From assembly GCA_028534125.1 (NCBI GenBank), contig CM052816.1:88538001-88602000 (forward strand): DNA of 64,000 nt. The letters run 5' to 3'. Positions 54,248 to 64,000 of the stretch are shown one piece after another. The stretch comes from Lama glama (Eukaryota). The notes under the pieces are model-generated. The model worked only from the letters and a program-made list of their open reading frames with translations. It searched no databases and was not told the origin of the DNA. The position numbers and the translations under genes are program-made. Every line of letters begins with the position of its first letter. Positions within the stretch are counted from its first letter, which is position 1.

Positions 54248-54860
54248 GCAATTGCCCATCAACAGATAAAAAGTAAAGAAGATGTGGTAGATACATACAA
54301 TGGACTATTTTCATTCTTAGAAAAAAAAAAAGGATATTTTGCCTATCCTGCCATTTGCAAAAACATGGATGAACCTGAAGGACTTTACGTTAAGTGAAAG
54401 AAGCTGGTCATAGAAGAAAAAAAAGGTACTACATGATTCCACTTACATGAGATATCTAAAATAATGAAACTCGCAGAAGCAGATAATGCAAGAGTGGTTG
54501 CAGGGAGGGGAGGAAATGGGAAACTGTTTAGTGGGTATGAAGTTTTCATTATGCTAGGTGAGTAATTTCCTAAATATCTGCTGTACAACATAGTGTTTGT
54601 AGTTAAAATACAGTATTATGCACTTTAAGATGTGTTAAGTGGGTAGAGCCTAGTCTAAGTGTTTTTACCACAAAAACAAAACACAAAACAACAAAATCAA
54701 AGAGATAAAAGGAAAATTGGGGGTTGGGTTTGTGGATTACCAAGAATGTGGCAATGAGATCATAGATGTTTGCCTATGTCCAAACTCACCAAATCATACA
54801 CATTAATTATTTGGAGTTCTTTATATATTAATTATAACTCTTTGAAACTCTTAAAAATAA
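54248..54860 (+). mobile_element. L1MA10/L1MB1-like 3' end
   Basis: 'atcctgccatttgcaaaaacatggatgaacctgaaggac...tgattccacttacatgagatatctaaaata...atctgctgtacaacatagtg...atgtccaaactcaccaaa'. Confidence 0.85.
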
Positions 54861-55658
54861 TTATCTGTGAAGTTTTATTTATCATATTTTAATAACTCAT
54901 ATATAAATAGAGCTTGCTATAGCCAGATTATAGACAAATTTTAATGTACTAAATAGAGTTTTCTATTTCTTCTTTATAAATATATGTTGTTTTGAGAAAA
55001 AGGACATTTGAATCAGAGTAATCAGCCCCCAACTAAATTTGGCTTCCACCTTCTAAAAACAATTAAACTTTGCTTCAGGATAAATTTATTTCTACTTCTT
55101 AAAAGTAACAGGTTATCTCAGTTTTAGCTATAATAAAATGGATTGGTTTAATTGCCTTAGGCTTTATAAATTTCGAGGAAAATATTGTCATTCATGCTGT
55201 GCTCTTTCTTATAAAATAATTCAAAACTGACTGAGTGTTTTGCCAATCTATTCATTATATTGGACAATAAAGCACACAGGTTAACATTTTAAAATGTCAA
55301 ACACTTTTGCTTAATTGAGCTCGTTTCTTCCAAGACGTTAGTTTGCAATATCAATAAATGGAAAATATAATTTTGACCTTCCAAATGCTCAAATTAACAT
55401 TTAAATAAATCTATACATATTGAGACACAACTTATTTTTTGAAAACATTACTTATCAATTCATAGAAGATTAAATAATGATATTGAAAGGACAAAATAAA
55501 AATAAAACCGATTATTCATTTTGTACTTCAACATCGAAATATCAATTTCTAAATTACCTTTCAACATACAATCATATTCCTTAGGTCCAACAAAAGAATG
55601 CTCAATAAATGTCATTTAAAAACATTAACTGATAATGTTAGTAATAAACAGTCAAATA

Positions 55659-55716
55659 TTAAATAAGCATATTTAAGAATAAATATGTTAAATAAACATA
55701 TTTAAGAATACATATG
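55659..55716. repeat. 29-bp tandem duplication
   Basis: ttaaataagcatatttaagaataaatatg / ttaaataaacatatttaagaatacatatg. Confidence 0.8.
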
Positions 55717-55719
55717 GCA

Positions 55720-55875
55720 TTTATTCTTCTCAGTTACTATTCTAAGCACTTTAGGAATACTAACTCATTTTCTCATTACAGCAATTCTTTGAGGAAGTTA
55801 TTCATTATTATTACCATAACTCAACACTCATACCTAAAAAGTGATAGAATTCAGTTTTATCTTTATGTCTTGTCA
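55720..55875 (-). mobile_element. MIR fragment
   Basis: 'ctattctaagcactttaggaatactaactcattttctcattacagcaattctttgaggaagttattcattattattacca'. Confidence 0.7.
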
Positions 55876-56267
55876 ACACTGAATTTTGTCAGAATTAAAT
55901 TTTAGTACAATCTTATTAAGGATTGCTGACTTCTGCAGTAATCACACACACACACATGCACACACACACATAGCATGGGTAGATTCACAGATGTATATGT
56001 GTGTGTGCATACTGCAAACATATTGTGGTTGTGATTCCACAAACTGTTTAACTTTATTCAATTACTCAGTCCCTGTAATGTGTCCTCTTTGTTTTTATCC
56101 TTGATTCTCCTAAACAGAGACAATGCAGTCTTTGGATATTTCTTTATTTTTACTACTATACAAGAAATAGATGTTAGCTGTATAATTGTTCATTGTGTGG
56201 CCTATTTAATATCTCTCCTTGCTTTCCAAAAGCTCCCAGGTGCAAAGGTGAGAAATGAATCAAAAAT

Positions 56268-57165
56268 GAGGGGGCTTCGAGATGGTGGAGTAGAAAACTC
56301 AGAGCTCACCCTCTCCCGTGAATACATCAAAAATTACATCTACATACGGAACAATTCTCACAGAGTATCTACTGAATTTTCAGACTATCTCTTATAATTG
56401 GAACTACAAAGAAAATCCTCACAAAACTGGATAGGAGGGGAAAAAAAGTTATCAGGGAGGTACCTGTCCCCCAGGGAGGAAGCAGCGAAAGAGGAAAAGT
56501 GCCCTGACCCTAGGAAGCCCCCTCTCCACAGGGGGTGTCCGCTGGGACAGAGAAGGAGCTTCAGAGACTTGGAGGAGAAAGCAGCAGCCACTTGGCAGAC
56601 AGAACAGAGGGAAACTGGTGCAGAGGGTCCCTGCTAGCTTGAGATGTGACCCAGTGGGTATAGGCCAGGACTGGGTGCTGGAGCTTAGGCTTCAGGGAAT
56701 GGATCTAGGGAGGGGACTGGGGTTGACTGCACAGAGGCAGCCTCAGGCGGCTGGAATGTGGTGCAGGCTGAGTGTGGAAGTGTGTGCAAAACAACCTGGG
56801 TCCGCCATGCAAATCTCCATTGTTAGTGCACGCAGAAAGAGGGGCATGACACAGCCCAGCCATAGCAGCCTTCTCCGCTAGCCCAGAGGGCACGCTCGGC
56901 ACTGTGAGCAGAGGGACAGGATCTAGACGTAGCAGTCTTCTGGGCTTGCTCTGGAGGGGCACAATCACTGCTGTGGCCCCTGGCTGGAGGCAGGGTTGAA
57001 CCCTGAATCCATTCCCAGGGGTTTCATGATTTCCCAGGCAGGCCTGAGACTTGAGTCGAGCCCCAGGCAGCTATGGCAGACTTCCTCCACTGGAGCCTTT
57101 GTGGACCAGCACCTTCAGAACAACTGAGAGAGTTCCTATGTGCAGTGGGGACGGCATGTGGGCCT
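56268..57165 (+). mobile_element. Isolated L1 5'UTR (artiodactyl-type) with no ORF1 downstream
   Basis: Starts 'gagggggcttcgagatggtggagtagaaaactcagagctcaccctctccc...aaaattacatctacatacggaacaattctcacagag' (YY1-like aagatggcg start). GC-rich, and switches abruptly to L2 sequence. Confidence 0.75.
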
Positions 57166-57530
57166 CAGGACTGTTCCTCAAACACGCCTCACTCATTTCT
57201 GCCTCAGAGCCTCTGCTCTGGAATGCCCTTGATTTAGAAACATAAAGTTTTTCTATTCATAGCTTTCAAATTTCTGCATAAAAATCACTTTTCCATGAGG
57301 ATCTCCATGTCCTTTCCATTCAAAACTGAACCACCTCCCCTAGCATTTCCTTTTAAAAAAAATTTAATTCTCCATGACATTTTCTACATTAACCCACTAT
57401 TTAAGTTATTATTCTATTATCTGCCCTTCTCACTTATGAATAGGTAAGCTTCATGTGGGTAAGTATTTTAGAAATACCCTCTGTCCCTATAAAAATGGTG
57501 GGCAGCAGGTATTAATAAATATTGTACCAA
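57166..57530 (+). mobile_element. L2 3' fragment
   Basis: 'ctgttcctcaaacacgcc...ctgcctcagagcct...tctggaatgccctt...aaaatcacttttccatgagg...gtaagcttcatgtggg...taataaatattg'. Confidence 0.75.
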
Positions 57531-58094
57531 ATTTTCCTTTTACACGTAAACTATTTCAACTACCTTATAGAGTAGTCTGAGACTTTAATTACAATTTATA
57601 ACAGTTATATAGGAGAATGATATATATCATGTAGAAAACCACTGATTTTATGTATGGCATTAACACTTCATGCCCTAGAAACAGTTGTGATATTAACAAC
57701 TAACACGTAAGTGGAGATTTTCCAGTGAAAAAATAGGTCCACATTGTTTATCTATTTATGACAAATAGCTCTAGAGTTAGAAGGAAAAAAACACTAATAC
57801 TACAAATTAAAATATCAAGGAAAATTGAGTTTCAGAAAGACTAAATTCAAGCCAGAATCAGGTTATCTTTCACTTTTTAAATTACATTTCAATGGTCATT
57901 AACAAACAGGGTAATTTCCCAACTGCATTGTGCTATTTTTCAATTCTGTTTTTCTATTCATTCTTATTTTTCTATCAGAAAAAAAAGTCTTCCCCACCTT
58001 ATTCACCTTATTAATTATTACCTATATTTCAAAACACAGGTCACAAATTATTACTTAAAAGTTCTTTTTTAATTGCACAGATAAAACAGAGATG

Positions 58095-58427
58095 CTTTAG
58101 AGAAAGACAAATATTGTATGATTTCACTAACATGTTGAATCTATTAAAAACAAAACAAATGAACAAACATAACAAAGAATCATATGCACAGAGAACAAAC
58201 AGGTGGAAGGGGACTGGGAGGATGAGAGAAATAGGTGAGGGATATTAGGAAATAGAAACTCTAGCTATACAATAAATGAGTCATGGGTACGAAATGTTCA
58301 GTGTGGGATACATAGTAAATAACTATGTAGTAACTTTGTATGGTAACAGATGGGAACTAGATTTACCATGGTGGTTATTTTGAAATGTATGGAAATATTG
58401 AATCACTATATTATGTGCTAGAAAAAA
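58095..58427 (+). mobile_element. Laurasiatherian L1 3' end
   Basis: 'gagaaagacaaatattgtatgatttcacta...aaataggtgagggatattagg...taaatgagtcatgg...tttgtatggtaacagatgg'. Possible TSD aaaacagagat / aagacggagat. Confidence 0.85.
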
Positions 58428-59683
58428 AAGACGGAGATAACCTCTTTTATGCTTAAATAACAGCTTATGAATGTTCTTCACCCTATTATGGTAACAATTT
58501 TTTAAGTATCAGGCACTCCTGAAGCACAGTGTGCACTTCCAAGGTAAAGACTATTTTTCCCATGTTCTTTAACCCATAGCCCTTAGCATTAAATGTCCAA
58601 CCAAACATAGGCAACTCACAAATTTTTATGGGAGCAAGCTGGACAGACTTATGTTTGGTCTTCTCAATGTATCTACTTGTCACATGTGCAAATTAACTTA
58701 ACACAGGAAATTGCCATGAAATTTACTTTCCCAAAATATCAGTGAAAAATATATTCTGCTTTAATGGATATTGCTAGTGTCAATTACTGGTTTAAAAATT
58801 GAAATCTGTACTACAATGGTATCATATTCAAAGAGGCTGATGAGACAGGAAGATTAAATTCTCTGAGATGAGAATAAGAACCAAAGAAAGAATACTAACA
58901 AATCAATAATTTGGAAGAAAATCTTAAATTTTTAAATGTATGCTTGAAAATAGTTTAAAGCAAAGATTGATCTGCTCAGACTGGATTCTGCTGATCACAT
59001 TCATACCAAGTAGCAGACTCAAAACTGTTCAGTGATGTAGAAAAATCTCATAAAGAGATACTTTGCATATTCCTTACACTTGTATCTGAGAATAACTATT
59101 GATTTTTTTCTTCCATTTATTTTTTCATCTTTGTCACAATGTCACTTCACAATGGTGAAGTAGATAGTGACAGAGACCAAGAAATATGTAAATACTAACA
59201 GACAGAAAGCAAAAATTCAGCACACAATTCTTTAATTGCAAAACTGATTGTTAGAAAAAAACACCTAAACGGAGCACTTACTGAGTCTATGCCAGACTTT
59301 GCTTTATGAGTTAGAAACATAAGTCCTCCAAATAAGATTTTATGTACATATATATATATATGTAACATGCAATTCATATGAATATATATATGAAACTAAA
59401 TGGCAGAAGTGGAAGAATATGGAAAAATAGCATCTATATAAACATGACTGAACTATTAAATTATTGGTAGCATAACTTGAATCTGTTCTAATGGAAATAA
59501 GAAAATCAAAACATATTCTATTTAGAATATTTTCAGTGAATGTATTCACTTATGGTTATGCTCTACTTTATTCCTAGTCACACTCTTTGCTTCACATGCT
59601 GTAAATATTAATCAGTATGTATAAATAACATCATATCACCATAGTGTCTATCCATAGTGGTAAAGGAAGGAAGCTACCTGCTT

Positions 59684-59975
59684 TTATGAAATGTACAGAA
59701 TAAGCAAATATATAGACTAATATATTAGTGGTTGCCTGGGCTTGGAAGACTTGAGAAATTACAGGGTAATTGCTAATAGTTAAGGAATTTCCTTTTGAAA
59801 TGATGAAGGTGTTCTGGAATTAGCATGGTAATTACACAAATTTGTAAGTATAATAAAATAATTGAACAGTACACTTTAAATGGGTGAACTGCATGGTATG
59901 TATGAATTACATCTGTATATCTGTATAAAGTAGTATGAATTGTATGTATCTCATCAAAGCTGTCATATTTTTTAA
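59684..59975 (+). mobile_element. L1MB 3' end
   Basis: 'atgaaatgtacagaataagcaaat...attagtggttgcctggg...gtacactttaaatgggtgaactgcatggtatg...tctcatcaaagctg'. Confidence 0.85.
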
Positions 59976-60689
59976 ATCTCCACAATATCCCAATTTCTTT
60001 TACAAATTCATTACCTGGCTTACATTTTTTTCTTTTCTTACTTTTTATAGCCTATATTTACATATATATGACATTCTGATCTTATAATCCCTTAGTCTTG
60101 TCAAGTACAATTTTAATTTTTCCTACAATGACCCAGCCAAGACAATACGTTCTGCCTCCCTTTTATGAATGTTAGATCTCAAAATTCGTATCTTCTGACT
60201 TAAAAAAATATGTAACACAATGTTTTGTCTTTTCACTGGGATTTTTCCTTTCTTTTTTTTTCCCTTCTTGATAACCTTTTATCTTACTTGTCATAGAGAA
60301 GCAGAAGACTGATGTCTACAAACAATGTGTTAAGAGGATATTCTTTTAAGAGAAAGAGAGGAAATTTGAAAGGGGAAGTGCTTAGGGGAGGGAGAAGGGA
60401 GGATGGGGCAGAGAAGCAGGAGAATTTAGAGCTTATGATCCTAGATTTCTCCTTTGGTGAAAATTCCTTATGAGAGACCAAGCATGGTAAATACACTATA
60501 TAATGTTTGAATGGCCTTCCAATTAGTGTAGATTACTTCTTTTTTCCCCCCAAGAATAACCTGAAGTTAGTGAATGCTCATTAAAGCAGACATCTTATTG
60601 AAGCTATGTAATACTTCATGGCTGGTTGACGGTATTGAAAGATGATTAACAAAATTAACTAGTCAAGTTCTTGACATCAAAGTGACGGG

Positions 60690-61085
60690 AAAACTAAAGA
60701 GAATTTTGGGAATTTCATGAAGTTTAAGGGAACCAAACGAGGAAGTGAAGTACCAGAGACCAATAAGAGGGAGCCATTACCACCTCTGGGTTTAAGATGC
60801 AAGGATGGGAAATCTGTGACAAAAGTCAGGGGACAATAGAAAGGTTAAAAGTGGAGCCTCCAAGAGGGGCTACTGCTATAGAAAAATACAGCCACTGGCC
60901 AAACCTTGAGTAGGCAGGGAGGGATGGGAAGAGGCAATTATGCCAACTCCCTTGCCTCCTACATTCTGATCTTTTGCTGATGCATCTCACTGGCTGACCA
61001 CAACATGAAAATACATGGAAAGGGAACCTAGCAGACACAGTTCAAAGATGTCAGATGAGGAAAGAATCTAGGGAGACAACAAATG
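60690..61085 (-). mobile_element. ERVL LTR (LTR33-like)
   Basis: 'ctcctacattctgatcttttgctgatgcatctcactggctgaccacaac...aagggaacc' resembles the antisense LTR33 core. Confidence 0.6.
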
Positions 61086-62747
61086 ATGGATTGAAAGTAT
61101 TGGCCTTACTCACTCGGGCAGCATATGAAATAAGTACCCAATATGAGAATGCAGAAACAGTGAACCAACCAGTTAATCAGAAAAGTTCTGGGATAAGAAT
61201 CAGAAAATCACAGTGGGCCACTGCATGCAGGTAGGTATAGACCTGAAATATTATCCATGGGTAGAGACAAAAAAAAAAAAAAAAAAGAAAGCAACTTGGT
61301 AGGACAAATAATGTTTCAGTGGGCATGGATCCTGGACACTTAGGGACCACACAATCTTACATTAGTATCTTCTTAAACCTGACACTAGTAGACCACAAAG
61401 AACAACATAATGACCCAACGTCACTAAGCAGTTGTGTTAAGTCTTCACCCAGATGCCTTCTTAGGGAGATGAATGAGAAGAATCGGTCTTGATAGAAAAT
61501 TTGAGCTATGTTTGACTAAATACTTACTTACAGAACCATAAATTAAGTGAAGGTCATTTTAAACCAGAAGAATTATTAACCTAAATATATGCTTTAGGTT
61601 TCTTCGGCCTTCAGATGGATGGGGTAGATGAGTAAGAATAACTCAGTTACAGAAAATTAAGTGGTTTTTTTTTTGGTATCTGAGTTTCTACATTTCAAAA
61701 GCTTAATGACTGATTTCCTCTATTGCATACAGTTGCCAGTCTATTTACCCTTACAGAAATTTCCATTTTTATCAGCACAGTCACTACTTTCAATTATTTG
61801 GCCCATATTTGTTTTCATTTGGACTTGCCACTATGTCCTGAATAATGTGGCATGACTCTTCTGAGTAACACTCAGTGCCTTAAATGTCTTCCCTGTTTTC
61901 TTTTTTTCTTTCCTTCTTTCTATCTTGCTTTTTTTTGGTTTGTTTTAATTTTTATTATCTGCCTATGCCCTTCTATGCTTTTAGCTTTCTAAGATCTAGC
62001 AGCATTAGGGATGCTAATCCAAGAAGTCTCTTCTTCCAGATAATCCTTGACTTTAAACTGGGCCATAAAGCGTGCCTTTGGGTGATATCACTCTCTTTAA
62101 CCTAAAATCCTATCTCCTCAAATATTTTGTGTTAAATAAAAATCTGTGCAATGTGTAATTACATGATTTTATAGTGATAGTCTAATCACATAGAAGTTCC
62201 AGTGTAGGTGACCTGCTTAAACCTGTAACCTGGTAAGTGGCACAGCAAGAAATACCATCTGGCCATGTGTCCGAGAACCAGTCTAATGCCTTTCCCATTA
62301 AGCAGCTCTGATTTTTTTTTTTACAAGAACATTATGCAACACATGCATATTTGAATTCAGTCACTTTTGTAAACAATTTGCTACTTTAGAAATACAGCTG
62401 ACAGCTTCTATTACATTACACAATTTTCAATCTTGCATTTTAATATATACAGATGAAAAGCATAATTTTGATGTGTGGATATATCACCCCAAATTATTTT
62501 ATCCTCATCAACATCTCAAATTCCTTTTTATTTTTAGAGAAAGACATAATTTGATATTAAGTTTCCAATATATCTAAGAAGGTGATATGTGTCAGAATCT
62601 CTTTCTGTAATGTATTAGGGTAGTGGATGAAATAATGCTTTGTTTCTCAAATAAAATGTACTCTGAAATTAATTTATTGATATATATTGATTTTCTTTCT
62701 GTAATAAACAGTTTGATGTACTTATTCTTTTATTTGAAAGTGGATGG

Positions 62748-62919
62748 CAATATTTCTCAAAATATATTCAGTGAAAAATCATCAGATTGCTGGGCTCTAA
62801 CCAGAGATTCTGATTCAATAGGTTTGGAGTGAGGCCAGAGAAACTGCATTTCTAACAAGTTCCCAGGTTTAAGTGATGCTGCTTCTGGTCCAGGTACCTT
62901 GTGATTTGAGCCAATACTG
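62748..62919. mobile_element. MER5A (hAT-Charlie)
   Basis: 'cagattgctgggctctaaccagagattctgattcaataggtttggagtgaggccagagaaactgcatttctaacaagttcccaggt...gatgctgct'. Confidence 0.85.
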
Positions 62920-63409
62920 TAAGGATCGCCATATAGTGCATGATTATATCTGTAAGTGAAAATGCAACTGTGCTAGTTTTCCTTATTGAATGTTTAAAGG
63001 TTTTTTTTTTATATTGATTCACACAATTGTAGGAAAATGCTAATTTGAATTGCTCAGATTATATTCTTGAGTCAATCTTTCTTGGTGGATAAAAATCATA
63101 GCCAAAAGTATAAATATACATAAACTCACAGATACGCAAACATAGCATATGTGTGCTTGTGTTTATCCTTTTAAAAACATTATAAGACACTTACAAGGAA
63201 TATTTTCCAATCTAACGATACAATCTTAGGCAAAACAAATCAAAGACAAATTCACTGGATATTACACAAAATATTTACTTGATTGTGAGCTCCTTAATGT
63301 TAGGAACACTGTCTCTATTTTCCCCAAATATATGTCATGGGTGCAGCTGTCATTTTTATTGGAAAAAGTTATTTACTACAGTCTCCAGACCAAGTGGGGG
63401 AGAAAATGT

Positions 63410-64000
63410 TTTCTTAATTTTTTAGAGCAGGTTTAAGTTTACAGCATAAAAATAAGCTACAGTGATTTCCCATATCCCTCTCCTCCACTATTACCAACAT
63501 CCCCCATCAGTGGTACAGTTTTTACTATTTGTGAACCCACATGAAGTACCTTAATCATTGAAAGTCCATAGTTTACATTGTGGTTGAATCTTGCTGTTGT
63601 ATATTCTATAGGTTTGGACAAATGTATAATGACATATTTCCATAATTTGGTGACTTAGGAATTATTTTCACTGCCCTATAAATCCTCTATGTTCTGCCTA
63701 TTCATTCTTATTATTGAACCCCTGGCAATCCTTAATTTTGCTTTTTAATATTTTGATAGTTTTGCCTTTTCCAGAATGTGATATGTTTGGAATCAAATAG
63801 TATGTGACTTTTAAGATTGGCTTCTTCACTTAATAATAAGCATTTAAGTTTTCTCTGTCTTTTCATTCATAAAAGCTCTATGAAAGCTCATTTGTTTTAG
63901 TGCTGAATAATATTCCATTGCCTGGATGTACCACTGTTTATTTATACATTTACCTACTAAAGAACATCTTGGTTGCTTCCAAGCTTTGGCAACTATTAAT
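63410..64000 (-). mobile_element. L1MC1/2-like 3' end (runs off the window)
   Basis: 'ttttagagcaggtttaagtttacagca...aagtccatagtttacatt...ggtttggacaaatgtataatgaca...ttttgccttttccagaatgt...aagaacatcttggttgcttccaa'. Confidence 0.85.

Noticed and set aside
56080..57245. Cluster of overlapping ORFs in a GC-rich block (possible gene or CpG island)
   Set aside because: Explained by low stop-codon density in an L1 5'UTR. CpGs are depleted.
1..64000. CRISPR array, operon, defence system or other novel multi-gene system
   Set aside because: This is mammalian repeat-rich non-coding DNA, with no regularly spaced repeat-spacer array and no intact genes.

Overview
AT-rich, CpG-poor mammalian genomic DNA, most likely camelid (alpaca/llama/camel). 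The evidence is a tRNA-derived Vic-1-type SINE and camelid/artiodactyl-style L1 3' ends, recognised by eye. I find no protein-coding gene, RNA gene, CpG island or prokaryotic-type system, so the window looks intergenic or deep-intronic. The supplied ORFs are chance ORFs or decayed L1 ORF2 fragments. The window is dominated by fossil transposons: many L1 fragments (including a ~5 kb minus-strand copy interrupted by an LTR), two LTR-int-LTR MaLR proviruses, solo ERV1/ERVL/MaLR LTRs, L2, MIR, MER3, MER5A, a Tigger-type element and microsatellites. The most interesting structures are a 192-bp, ~94%-identical inverted duplication 11.6 kb apart (possible inversion-breakpoint or templated-insertion scar), a cluster of three p53-family half-sites, a template-switch micro-inversion inside an L1, a twin-primed L1 with TSDs, an orphan L1 5'UTR and nested insertions. 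Repeat family names come from remembered consensus similarity, not from a database search. I see no evidence of a new biological system.
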